A program made the translations under genes and the position numbers. A model generated the notes under the pieces. The model searched no databases, was not told the DNA's origin, and worked only from the letters and a program-made list of their open reading frames with translations. From the human T2T-CHM13v2.0 reference genome, Homo sapiens: a stretch of DNA of 64,000 nt. Shown here one piece after another: positions 39,350 through 52,717 of this stretch (position 1 is the stretch's first letter; each line of letters opens with the position of its first letter). Location of the stretch: the NCBI RefSeq assembly GCF_009914755.1, contig NC_060930.1; one strand, 5' to 3'.

Positions 39350-39810
39350 CATTAATGTATGCATTCATTTACTTGCTTGCCCATTGAGTCATTCATGGGA
39401 GAGTGATTAGGCAGCAATTTGCAGATATTGTGTTGTATATGAATGATGGAGACTTAAGACTGATATCACCCCTGGCCTCAAAAGGCCTCATGGTTTAGTC
39501 ACTGGGGTTGTGTTAGGGTTAGGGAACAGGGATGAGAATGGGGCATCACAGATCAGAAAAGTAAACCAACAAAGAGAATGGAGAGTATTAAGTACTTCAG
39601 CTCAGTGCCAAGGGAAGGACACTTGGCCAAGGACAGTGCTTATGATGGGAGGCTGTGTGCAGAAGAGCCAGAGAAAGCTTCCAAGTGGAGTTGACCTCTG
39701 AGCTCAATCCTGAAAGATGAGTAGGGGATACACTTCTAGACAGGATGGCGAATATCAGAGTAGGTAGAAGAGATGACAAATGGTTAGAGAGATCAGGACC
39801 CATTTAAAAA
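39350..39810 (-). mobile_element. L2 fragment
   Basis: cattcattt...cccctggcctca...tgagctcaatcctgaaagatgagtagg. Confidence 0.6.
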
Positions 39811-41499
39811 TCTCTGTCATTAGACCTGGCATCTAGTGAAGTTGAGCAGCAAGAAGGCATGCCCTTTCTTAGTGACACTTTCTTTAAACATATAGTTTTC
39901 AGGTAGCTAGTTCAGATTTTCTCAAGTGTTCTTTATTTTGCTTTCTTACATGCTGGTTGAGAACTTGTATATAGGAAGTGATCTAAAACTTCATGCTGGT
40001 CTTGTTCACAGCAAATTTGTAACACCTTCTGAAAAGCAATGTCTTTCTTCAAAGGCTTGGCACAGTGAACATCTTTTGTCTTGGAATGGTCTCATTTCAG
40101 ATGTTCTGTTGTCTTTTATGAATATACTTGTCCCACTGTTTACAAAACAGAGACCTTTATATAAGAGAATACTGGAATTATTGTAAACCAGGATTTTAAA
40201 TATCTCAGAGAGCAGAGAAAAATAAATAATGAAAAATAGAGTTGATAACACAGCCAACACAGTACTTCCGTAATTTTTTCATAATATTTCTTGTTAGTCT
40301 AAAAGGAGAATTTTGGTTGTTTTAGATTATTATTCATAGAAAATCATCTTCCCAGATAGATGACAGAAATGCTCTCCCCCAATTTGTTACTAAAACACAT
40401 AAGAAAATATTGAAACATTTACACATGTACACACTTCTATCGAAAACTAGCACTAAGACCCCGCCCCATTGCCAGAATTTTAGTAGGAGTTTTACCAAAA
40501 CAAACCTAACAAAAAATATTTTACAATTATAAACAATAGTTTATCCTTATGTTTTGCCACCACAAAGTATGTAGGTAGCTTCCTCATGCCTTCTCCATTT
40601 TGGTTTCACAGTTGCTCTGTGATCTCTGTTCAGAAATGTAAATCTTCACAAAAGAAAAATGAATAAAAATAAATGGCCCAACTTGGCATTGTTACTTTGA
40701 ATGAGGTGTTCAGTTTGCCATTTCACCTCAGGTACTCTTTCTATGAGCGAGACACAGCAATTCCTAGGTAATAACTCTCCAGAAAAGAGGCAGGGCATTG
40801 TGTTTGACCTGATAACTCTGGAAACAAATGTCCAGCCAGACGACTCCAGCCCGTGAGTATAAAATGATGTCACATTAATTTTATGCCCACATTACACTGA
40901 CTTGAGGCCCTTTGGCTTAATGATTAGGTGTCAATACAATCTCCTCACAAATTATCCTGGTAGAATTTTCCTGGAAAGATTTCTTGAATCCCCAAAGCAG
41001 TGCGTATAACATGTGTTCACAAACAAGTTCTGTTAACTACCATCCCTAAGTGGCATCTGTTATATTATTTTTTTCTGCTACAACTGTATGTGGCTCAGGT
41101 CTTCAACCTTTAATCCAGCTGGAGAAGCCTCACAGGTGGTACCGTTGATATACCAGTCAAAAGATTGCCAGTATCGATGTCAAAGGTTTAAATAAATGAA
41201 GATCTCCAGGTTCTTATAACCCTTCTGAGAATCAGTAGGTTTTAAATGGAGGTGAAAAAAATGCCCCTCTATCAAGATTTCAGCCATATTTAATTACTTG
41301 GGCTCCTTAGCAACTTGGATCATGACCTGACTACTACAAAATTATTTCCTCAGTGTCCGTGCTCAGCTCTGCTTTTTTTCACATGTAGGCAACTTTCAAC
41401 CTGTGCCACTCACAAGAGATCATTTCCTTATCTCCTTCCTCTTCACCCCAAATCACCCTTCTCTGCAGGAACAAGCAAGCAAGCAACAGTTCTGACAAA

Positions 41500-42415
41500 A
41501 TTTATTTTATAATTGACAAAAATTGTATATATTTATGGTGCACAACATATTTTGTTATGCATATACATTGTAGAATGGCTACATCAAATTATTTAACATT
41601 AAATACTTATATTTTGGTAGTGAGAACACAAAATCTACTCTTTCAGCAATTTTAAAACATGTAATACATTGTTATTAACTAATAGTAAGCATGACGTACA
41701 GTAGATCTCTTGAACTTATTTCTGATGGCTAACTGAAATTTTGTCTTCAAGCCATCTCTCCAATTCCTCTACCTCTCAGCTGCTGCTAACCACCATTTTA
41801 CTCTGTATCTAAGAGTTTAACTTTTTTACACTCCACATATAAGTGAGATTATATGGTATTCATCTCTCTTCTTTTGGCTTATTTCACTTAACATAATGTC
41901 TTTCAGGTTCATCCCTGTTGTCTCAAACGACAGAATTTTCTTCTTTTTTAAAGATTGAATAGTGTGGCTCAGGTCTTCAACCTTCCATCATGTATATATA
42001 CCACATTTTCCATATCCATTGATCTACTGATAGACATTTAGGTTGATTTTGTATCTTGGCTTTTGTAATTAATGCTGCAATAAACATGAGAGTGAAACTA
42101 TCTCCTTGACATACTGATCTCATGTCCTCTGGGTATATGCCTAGTAGTAAGATTGCTGGGTCATCCAGTAGTTCTGTTTTTCATCTTTTGAGGAAACTCC
42201 ATGTTTTCTATAATGGCTGTACATTCCCACCAACAGTGTGTAAAGGTTTCGTTCCCTCCACATCCTTGCCAACACTTGTTATCTTTTCTCTTTTTGATAA
42301 TAACCATTTTAACAGATGTGAGGTGATATCTCATTGTAGTTTTATTAATAATTTGCATTTACCTAATAATTAGTCCGGTTGAGCATCTTTTCATTAGTCT
42401 ATTGGCCATTTGTAT
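41500..42415 (-). mobile_element. L1MA-like 3' end
   Basis: aattgtatatatttatggtg...ggcttatttcacttaacataatg; translation MRYHLTSVKMVIIKK...CWQGCGGNETFTHCWWEC. Confidence 0.9.
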
Positions 42416-42627
42416 AGCAAAGTCTATTTTAGAGTATACTCTACAAAAAAAAATTTCTCCTCAACTGTACCCAACCTCCACTCAAAAGGTCCCAAATCAA
42501 ATATATAACACCACACATAACCTTAAACAAACAATCAAGTACAAATTGCCACTGCTACATTACCAACTGGAAAACCGAATATCATCAATAGCGAATTTTT
42601 AGTTTTCCTCAAGAATATTGACAAGTA

Positions 42628-43134
42628 TATGACAGATCAGATTATTTTCTGAAAAGAGCACAACTGTACGTGCCATCCCACATAATCTTCTTGCAATGTG
42701 ACTTTGACATGGGTCTATGCTCCCATTCCTTAAACTTGGGTGGATTTGTGACTACAGCAGAAGTGACACTGTGTGATTCCCAAGGATAGCTTTTAAAAGA
42801 TAATACTGTTTCCACCTGATTATCTTGGGGATGCTTGTTCCTGTAATACAGCCAGGATATAGTGAGAAAGCCCAAGCAGCTCACAGAGAGGTCCACGTAG
42901 AGACGAAACAAGGACCCTTGTCCACATCCTGGCTGAACTCCCAGCACCAACCTGCCCTGACTCCCAGTCAATCTACCTCACCTGACACAACAGGGAGCAG
43001 AGATAATCTGCACCTGCTGGGCTTTGTTTTCTGAGCTCAAAATTGCTCATTTGTGAACAAAATATATGATTGTTTTTGTTTGAAACCATTGTGTTTGAGG
43101 GTGGTATGGTATGGAGCAATAGGTAACTGAAACA
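42628..43134 (+). mobile_element. MLT1 (H/G-like) LTR
   Basis: gaagtgacactgtgtgattcc; terminus gcaataggtaactgaaaca. Confidence 0.75.
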
Positions 43135-43760
43135 TAGTTTAGTACCTGGAAGTAGGGTGCTCCCGAAATAAAAGTTGTAAAATGTGTCGCAATACTTTTG
43201 TGATCAGCCAGCAAGTATAAGCTGCACGGTCTCAAGGACAACTAGTGAAAACTCAAGGGCTTCAAAGAGAGAGTTAGAAAAAGCCTTAAGAGATTAGAGG
43301 AGGTTGTCAGTGAGAGCTTCAAAAAAAGTGGGGAAAATGTTGTTGGACACCAGAAAAAAGAGGACCTTTCATATGAAATGGCAGGAAATGTGACAAAACT
43401 GTTGTCTCGATTAATGTGAAAAAATAAGAAATCTGTAGAAAGACATTTATGATATGAGGAAATTTTCAGGAAAAAAAATGTCTTGGAGATGGCAGCTGAC
43501 TTCTTCCAGCTGTCTAGACTAAAATGGGAGAGACAAGAGAAAACAGAAGAAAATAACTGATCATTTTTTAAGGAAAATTTGAGGAAGTATAAATGATCCA
43601 GGACCTTCAGGGATTCCAAAATAAAACTTTTCCTCATTCCCATTCTCTCCTAATTGGCAAAATGCTCTCAAATTAAGAAATTGCCTTTGGTCTAATATCA
43701 AATCCAAGATCATCTGTAAGATCCTTCATTACAATCTGAGAAACATTTAAGGTGATGCTG
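43135..43760 (+). mobile_element. MLT1 internal fragment
   Basis: gtacctggaagtagggtgct immediately follows the LTR end. Confidence 0.6.
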
Positions 43761-45828
43761 CAGAGTTGCCCCTTACCTCTATATGAGATTTGGAGGTTTC
43801 AAATCCCCACCTGTATAAGATTTAAATGCCTTGAATGCTGGTCTCCCATTCAAGGCATTCAAATTCTATCATATATCTGAATGCAGTCAACTTTTCCTGA
43901 ATGCGTACTCATCTGTACTACCCTGGGAAAATCCTGTACCATTTAATTTATGCCTTTCCATAAGATAGGTATAGAGTCCCACCTAGGCTCAATGGATGCC
44001 TACAAATGCTGTGAAGATGACTATCTTGTAGTTGTCTTAACCTGTTTCTACCAATTGCTGTCCAAACTATAGATTTGGGAGATTTTTTGTTTGTTTTGTT
44101 TCTAGTTTGAGGTTATTATGCAGCAGTTATATAAGTGAAGCTTTACATTTGGATTGAATGGTTTCTGATAATTTCTCTAAAATGAAAATCCCCACAGACG
44201 TGAATAATGCCAATGGTAATAAAGTTAGTTAAAATGTTTCAAGCTACACATCACAACATTATTTAAGTAATTATTCAATTAGTTAATATAATAATTTAGA
44301 AAGCATTATTATTATAAAGTGCATGAGAAAAAAGATGCAACCATATTTTTGTACATATGACTATCTCTATGATGAAATAAGTATTTAAAAACCCCAAAAA
44401 ACAAATAATATGCATGGATAAAATAGTGAAAAGGCATTCAAGAAATTCCCTAAAATGATGAGATTATGGATAGTCTTGTTCATCTTTTTTTCTATCTTTC
44501 AGTAATTTCCAACATTTCTAAAATATACATTATTATATTTACAGTGAAAACACACCATATGCCAATTTACATAAAAACTCAGTGATTTTATGGAACTTCA
44601 GCACAAAGCAAAATTATAGCTCTTTGCCGTTTAGTTGTCATTTCAGGGTTTCAAGGCAAATAAAACATAAAATATTTGTTTTACTTTCTTGAAAATATTT
44701 GTAAAATATGCCTGGGTGAAACTGTTTTTCGTTTTTTTATTTTATTTCCCAAACCTTCTTTAGACAAAATTTTAAAATTTTTCTTAACTCCACAAGAGCA
44801 GAGATATACCTTCTTCATCTTTCTATGTATATACCTAATTACACATATTACAAAATGCCCTTTCAATAAATATTGTTGCCTGAATATATGAATTCTTTTT
44901 GATGGCTCCTGTTCTTTCTCACAACAACTTTATGTGTCCTGTAACACTTGGGGAGATAAATATATATATTTTTCATGCTTAAAGAGCTGCTCTTCTGCGA
45001 TACCTTTGACTCCCTTCCCTGTGCAGATAATTCATCAGTCTGTATCTTCATTCCTGTCTCCTCTTCCAGTCCTGCATTTCTCAGTGCTCCGTTAACATCT
45101 TCAGTGGGCATGCTCATATATCGTAGCCTTCATTATTTCTGAAAATTCCATGCTGAGTTTCTCATCTCCATAATATGCAAAAGTTTTTCTCACTTTTTCA
45201 TATTTGCTGTTCGATTGTAACCAGAATACTCAAAAATTGTATATCTGTGTCTTCCAACTCATCACTACATTTTCCTTATTTCCTCCCCTGCCTACAGTCC
45301 TTGGAGTAAAAATGATAAAATAATTTGTTTAGAGTGAATCAACAACTCAAGCACTCCACTCTGAATGCATAGAGAAGGCACTCAGTCAAATCCTAATTCA
45401 TTTCACCCTTCTCATCCTCATTCATTGCTCTTGTTACGGCAAACAAGCACAGTCTTCTTTTCTTCTGTTCTCTTCATTGTGGTCTGTGTAAGTCTCCGTG
45501 GTCACAAGCATCTTTCTCATCTATCCATTTGCCATCATAACTCTTCACCATAAATCCCCCCTGACACTGTTTTTTCTTTGTCACTAATGCAGATGATTGA
45601 TCTGAAGCTGTAAATTTTCCAGGAGCCAACCCTATTGACTCACCTGATACTTCATAATCAGGCAAGCAAACTTGCTTTCAGTCACACAAACAGAAAGAAA
45701 ATTCTTTGAAAATTAGGAAAAAAATGATTCTGGGGGAAAGAATACGCTAGAGTTGTGACAAGAAAGACTAATGTGTAAAAAAAATTTATCATTTATTCAT
45801 CTACAGTTTTGTTCTGATTTCTGTGTGT

Positions 45829-46382
45829 CCTGATGGTTAATACTGAGTGTCAACTTGATTGGGTTGAAGGATGCAAAGTATTGTTCCTGGGAGTGTCTGT
45901 GAGGGTGTTGCCAAAGGAGATTAACATGTGAGTCAGTGGACTGGGAGATGCAGACCTACCCTCAGTCTGGGTGGGCTCAATCTAATCAGCTGCCAATGCA
46001 GCTAGAACAAAGCAAGCAGAAGAAGATGGAAGAGCAGGCTTGCTGAGTCTTCCAGCCTTCGTCTTTCTCCTGTGCTGGATGCTTCCTACCCTCAAACATC
46101 AGATTACAAACTCTTCAGCTTTTGGACTATTGGACTTAACACCAGTGATTTGCCAGGGGCTCTCAGGCCTTCAGCCACAAACCAAAGACTTCACTATCAG
46201 CTTCCCTACTTTTGTTTGAGGTTTGGGGACTCTGGCAGGCTTCTTCCCCCACAGCTTGCAGATGGCCTATTGTGGGACTTCACCTTGTGATCATGTGAGT
46301 CAGTTCTTCTAATGAATCCCTCTTCATATATACATATATCCTATTATCCTATCTGTCCCTTTAGAGGACCCTGATTAATACA
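45829..46382 (+). mobile_element. MLT2A (ERVL) solo LTR
   Basis: tgatggttaatactgagtgtcaacttgattgg...ccctgattaataca. Confidence 0.92.
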
Positions 46383-48065
46383 TGCATGGTCATGTGTTTG
46401 CTTCTTTTTCCTGTTCAGGAGGAAAGGGAAGATAGTCATATTAAGAAAAATAAACCCATTCTAAAATAAGTGAAAATATCATCATGCTCATCATGCTTAT
46501 TGCAAATGAGCATGATATGTGACTCTCTGCTGGTAAACAGAATTGATTGTTAAGTAAATGAAGTGCTCAATGATATGCTGTACTTAAGTATGTGTAATAT
46601 GAGTATGTGCTGAACAGAAACATCACAAAATAGAATATGCAAGGTAATGCAATAAGTTTGTGAATAACTGTAGAAGATATGAAACCTTGCTCAGGTAATC
46701 AGGGACAAGCGAAGTGAAACAAAACTCAACTGCCACTTTTACATTAGGTTATCAAAAAATTTAAATTCTATTCCAAATGGAATTGAGGAGGTCATGAAAT
46801 TACTATCCTTCATTCTTTGTTGATGTCATTATCAATGGTCACAAGATTTTGGAAAGCAGTTTGCAGTGTGTATTGAGAGCCACAAAATATTTGCAAACTT
46901 GAGGTGATAATTCCATCTATGAAACTTATTTTCTAAAAAATCCAAAAACAGAAAAAAATGCATTTTTATTGTAGTAAATAAAAAGGTAATAACTAATATG
47001 ATTGCCTTCCAGTACTCAATTGAAATTATGCTACAGCTAAAAATTTTTGTTATGAATACCATGATATGGAAAATATGGAATACAGAAAGTGATAAGATAC
47101 ATTTTGAAACTTTTACTACATTTTTTCTTGTAAAGAAGCCTTGTAACAGTCTATAACAATTAAAAACCAAATTACTTAAAATAACACTATCCAGATATAA
47201 ATGCTATCAAGTTAGAGTATATTTTGTTCCAGAAAAATTGACAGATTGTTTGATAGTTAAATGCATACACAGATATATAAACGGACATAGTTACATAAAT
47301 ATATAGCGTACCTATGGTTGTAGAGTTTGTAGCTTTTTGTTTATTGTGTAATACTGATGCTAAGTGAGAGAAGCAGAATACAAAATTAAAAATAGCCTAA
47401 GATTAATGATATAATAAAGAGAAAAATAAATTACAGGAAAAATGAAAAAATATATATTGAAATATATTAACCCTGGCTTGTAGTAGTAAAATGTGATTAA
47501 TTTTTTCCACTTTGTAAGAATTTTGGTTTTCTCTTTTTGTTTTTGAGGAATGGGGGTGCTTTGAGTATTTGGAATTTTTCCCAACCCAGAATCATATAAC
47601 CTTCCACCTTAGAAGAACACCCCTAAATAAGTAGGAGGTGGGGTCTCTGACAACAGAAGCTGAAAAGGCATAAATAATACTTTTCCAACTGTCTGGAACC
47701 TAGTGCTCAGGTGCATGACACAGGCAGCGATGCTTAGACATTCCTGCTCATGACTAAGAGTCTTGGGGAGGGAGTAAAGTTGCAGTGACAGCCAGGAGAT
47801 TTTAAGTGACTGTGGAAAACAGAGATATGGCCATGTATCCAGGGGCAATATTATCAGTGGCTACAAATTAATCAGACTTTTCTGGGGAAATTATGGCTAT
47901 GCCTTACTTCCCTTAGGGTTTTGAGATGGGCTTTCAAGGGATATTAACCTAATGAAATCATATAACAAATGAAATCTCTACATATGTGCATTTTCCTTGG
48001 AGAAGAATCTTCAGATAGGCAAAAGATTCCATGATGCAGGATATGCTAAGAGCCTTCAACATGGG

Positions 48066-48407
48066 TGATATGGTTTGGCTCTGTGTCACCACCCAAATCT
48101 CACCTTGAATGGTAATAATCTCCACAGGTCAAGAGCGGGACCAGGTGGAGATAATTGAATCATGGGGTTGATTTCCCTCATGCTGTTCTTATGATAGTGA
48201 GTGAGTTCTCAGGAGATCTGATGGTTTTATAACCATCAGCTTAGCACTCATTCTCTCTTGCCACCCTGTGAAAAGGTGCCTTCCACCATAATTGTAAGTT
48301 TCCTGAGGCCTCCTCAGCCATGCGGAACTGTGAGCCAATTAAACCTCTTTTCTTTATAAATTATCCATTCTTGGGTATTTCTTTACATCAGTGTGAGAAC
48401 AAACACA
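48066..48407 (+). mobile_element. THE1 (C/D-like) solo LTR
   Basis: tgatatggtttggctctgtg...tgtaagtttcctgaggcctcc...aattaaacctcttttctttataaa. Confidence 0.92.
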
Positions 48408-48924
48408 GTGTGTCAACATTACTGAGGTGCCCTATCCATTTCTGTGCTTCATCTGTTCTTTACAAGATATCTCCACCAGGCTTTACATCTAATAGTCAGA
48501 GGTTTGCAATGAATCCATGTTATTTTAGTCAACTAATGAGTCAAATGAATTAATTGATTTGCTCAATTACTTAAAAGTATTTATTGCCATCTTCTACCTG
48601 TTGGGCATGGTTTGGTAAATGAGGTACACGTGCAAAAGTCATCAACGATAATCCAGGTGAGGGCTAGAGATAAAAGCATGAAATAATTGCAGTCTTCTCT
48701 GTAAAGATGGAAAACTGGATACCCTGAAAATCTCTCGTGACAAATCATCTAAAAATGCCAGGTAAAATACGTATAACATTCTCTTCAATAAAGGTACGAC
48801 CTTACAAGATAGCAATGGAAATGCTCTGAGGACTAGAAAGAAATTCAGGTCTAGGAGGTAAGTGAGTCTTGCAGCATCAGCAATCAAGGGCACCTACAAT
48901 CTTGAGTGGCCCCAAGTTTTAATG

Positions 48925-48925
<1 letters not shown>

Positions 48926-48959
<34 letters not shown>

Positions 48960-49165
48960 TTTGAAGAGCTTTAGGGGTACAAGTGGTTTTTGGTTACACA
49001 CATGAATTGTATAGCAGTGAAATCTGGGCTTTTAGTGTACCCATCAACCAAATAGTGTACATTGTACCCAATAGATGATTTTTCATCCCTCATCCAACTC
49101 TCATCCTCCTCACTTCTGAATCTCCAGTGTCCATTATACCACACTGTATGCTTTTGTGTATGCAT
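48926..49165 (-). mobile_element. L1PB-like 3' tip with (TTTA)n tail
   Basis: (ttta)n followed by ggggtacaagtggtttttggttac...gtacccatca. Confidence 0.8.
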
Positions 49166-50099
49166 ATCAAACTAACTTTAAAGGGCATATGCAGAAGGAG
49201 AGAGGAAACTTATGGGGTCAATAGAAATCCAATATTTGTTCAACTCTGGGCTTTTCTGCAGTTACCAATACTGAATTCCTGGTGGCTGCAAAAGTCTCCT
49301 TTCAACTGATTTGTGTGGAGTTGAACATATCATTCAAAGTCTTTATATCTCAACCCCTCCACTATGAAAATTTTAGTTACAATGCTTCTATAATTTTTGA
49401 AGATATATAAAAAGTCCCACTATATATTACATTGCCATATTCATATATGGGCAGAATTCTTGCATCAGGCCACCTTGTAGTCCTCCATATGAGCTGCCTT
49501 TGTGTCAGCCACTCACCCCAGATCCAAAGAATAAAGCAGCATCATGACATTTCATGCTTAAGGGACACCTGTGAACCCCTTTCCTTAGCAGGATTAAGTG
49601 GGCAGAAATTTTTTAGGAAGAAGTGTAGAAAAAATTCTGAGGCTTTGTCTTTCCAACTAAGATGACTAAAGGGATAATTTCTAAGTAAACAGGGATGCAA
49701 GGAACAATTAATTTATTTTTAACCAGAATAGTGATTTAAGTCTAACACGTTCTTGAATAACAATTTTCAAACTCCAGGAAAACATTGAAAATAATTTATA
49801 TGCAATGTAAGATGCATTTCCTGGTTGCATTTATATTTTAATGTTATATTTTAATATATAATTTTAAAATACTACTCAGAAATCTAATCCCAGTAGGCCG
49901 AGGAATGTGTGATGTGTCAGTCACTCATCTACATGAAAGCGTATAAGCCAAGGTTAAACTATCTGACAATAGGCTGAGTTGTAAGACTACCTAAGATATA
50001 TATTTATTTTCCTTTAGGGAAGGAATAAAAAGGAAATGGCAGTGTATTAATATAATATATAATATATTAATTGCTATAGGCTGATAATTAGGGTAGCTG

Positions 50100-50590
50100 A
50101 ATCAAATATTAAATTTATAAATATCACAAAATTTGGATGGTTTGCAAGCACTAGATAAAACTGAAAATACGTTTATGAATATAGAGAGGTTACAGCTTTG
50201 AATAAGAAATATCAAAATAAGATTAGGCTTTGGAAAATGTAAAGTAATGCATCTTGGGTGAAATATTCACAGATAATGAGGGAAATTGAGCTACTGTATT
50301 TGGAAAATAGTAGTGTTGCATGAGATTGGGAGTGGTAGTTACAGAAAATTAGTATGAGATTGCATGGAATGATATAGTGGTTTATAAAAACTGTTTGGGC
50401 AGCACATGCAGAGATAACACATCACGAGTCAGACAAGTGTGTCCATTTATGAAAACCTCAGTTCCAGAAGGATGTCATCGTACTACAGTGAATGCAGAGA
50501 GGGGCTACAAAAATGATTGAGGGTCTGGCAGGGCTGATGTGAAGTAAGATTAAAAAGAACTAAATATGTATGGCTTATCCAAATATAGAC
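50100..50590 (+). mobile_element. L3/CR1 ORF2 3' fossil
   Basis: Peptides IKFINITKFG (compare IKFADDTKLG), KCKVMHLG, PQFQKDV and MQRGATKMIEGL. Confidence 0.8.
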
Positions 50591-51049
50591 TATATCACCA
50601 CAAAATCATGTGCTCACACACTGAGAAAAGGGACAGAATGTTCCAAGTTTAAGTAAAGGTTATCAAGAACATCCTTAGGAAAAGTAAAAAAAGAAGTTAA
50701 GGTGAAATAAGGGCTCCCTAGTGTGTTAAGTAGAGAAAATAAGTGTACCACTTTGGTTCTCTAGACCCATTTTGCAAAGTGAAAATAATACTACCATTTA
50801 ATCTTTTAGTCTTTCAGTCTCCACATCTTTAAAATCAGGAGTAATGATCCCTTTTTAGCAAATTTAAGAGTTTTGATTGACAAGATCAATTCTAGCCATA
50901 TTCATTTAAATTTTGTTTTTTGAAAAACATTTAACACAATGCTTAGCATTTAGTATAATAGCATTCAGATTTTATTTCAAAAATTCAAGTTGATCTAAGA
51001 AATGTATAGTAAATGTAGTAACGTTTAAATATGAACATGAAATATGGAA

Positions 51050-51480
51050 ACTGGAATTTATTGTGGTTTCTGATATCAAAGATCTTGCAGTCTCATGAAT
51101 GAGTAGACATGTATTCAAGCACAACAGCAAAATATGTTAATGGCTACAGTAGAGTTTCAAAAAAGAGCAACTGAGATTTCAAGAGATCCAGAGGATAATA
51201 TTTTAAGGATGAGAGTAAAAGGTGGCACTGGAACTGATCCTTAAAGAGTAGTAGGAATTCAACAAGAGGGGATTGGGTGCAGATCTAAAGAGTGAAGAGT
51301 ATCAGTGAATGATACCCGAGAGAAGATATGAAACCCATGGGCAAAAGCATGAGTGGCCTGGTATGACTAAAACAAGAACCACAGGGAAGTATGAGTGTAA
51401 GACCAATCTGGACAGGTGCATTGTCATTTATTGGAGAAAAGCTATGACTAGGATATTAACAGGAGTTTAGACCATATAGA
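51050..51480 (-). mobile_element. L2 fragment
   Basis: gaactgatccttaaagagtagtaggaattc... antisense L2 pattern. Confidence 0.5.
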
Positions 51481-52342
51481 AATCAGTTGTTTTCAAGCAT
51501 TTTTTAGACTTTTGTCAAATAAAATATTACACAGAGGCCTTATCTATGGAACAGATGAATAGAGTGCCTCTCTGAAGCAGGTTAGAAGCCTTAGGTCCTG
51601 CCCACCAGAATCTCTTTAATCTTTCTTCCGAGTCTCCTCACCCAGAAGACTCTGAGGCTAATGGAAAGACTGAGAAACTGTGACACAGAGTTTGAAGAAT
51701 ACAAACATTTGTAAAAAGAAACAACCCAGAACTGTCGAACAAGGCAATGTAACTGGCAGAAATGTGAAGGATAGGTCAGGCTGGGTGAAGGATAGGTGAG
51801 CCTAGGTGGTAGATGAGGAATAGAAAAGATGTGGCTTTGATATAGTATAGTTGAATAGCAACTCTCCTAGATTTTTTTTTTTAAAGACTGATCATGAGAA
51901 ACAACAGTAGATGCTAATTTAGATCTTCAGAATGGGTGAGTAAGGCATTGTATAATGCCACTAACTGAGTTAGAGGGAATTTTCACTTCATACGTAATTA
52001 TGGCTTAGGATTTGAATCTACGACTTTCTCAGCAGCTCTGTTGTGTACCTAGTGACATAAACAATAATAAACTGTATTGCTTGATAGAATTTCTGCCTTC
52101 TGAGTTCTGAATTACAAAATCCTGTCACCACAGGGAGAGGGGAGAGAAGTATGTACAAAAAGAATGGGATATCATTGTAAATGAATTCTTTTATTCCCTC
52201 ATTCATGGGTTATGCATCACTCACTAATCATTTGAAATATGTTAAGTACTGTGGTAGATGCTGGAATAATTGAAGTTTTAATTATTTACTCATTTTTTTA
52301 TAGATTATTAACCTTTAAACTCATCTTCCAGATAATCATTTC

Positions 52343-52717
52343 TGTCTTTGTCTCTTTGGGCTGCTATAATAAACTACCACAGACTGGATGGCTTGTAAGC
52401 ACCAGAAATTTATTTCTCACTGTTCTGGAGGCTGGTAAGTCCAAGATGAAGGCATTGGCAAATTAAGTGTCTGGTGAAGGCCCAATTTCTGTTGTATAGA
52501 CTGCCATCTTCTCACTGTGTCCTCACATAGCAGAAGGACTGAGGAAGCTCTGTGGTGTCCCTTTTATAAGGACACTAATCCTATTCATGAGGGCTCCATC
52601 CTCACGTCATTTTATCTCCCAAAGATCCCATCTCCTCATACCATCGAATTAGGGTTAGAATATGAATATTATTAGAATAGAATATGTATAATAGATACAA
52701 ATATTCAGTCAATAGCA
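52343..52717 (-). mobile_element. MLT1A-type solo LTR
   Basis: gggctgctataataaactaccacagactgg...aaatttatttctcac...attcagtcaatagca. Confidence 0.88.
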
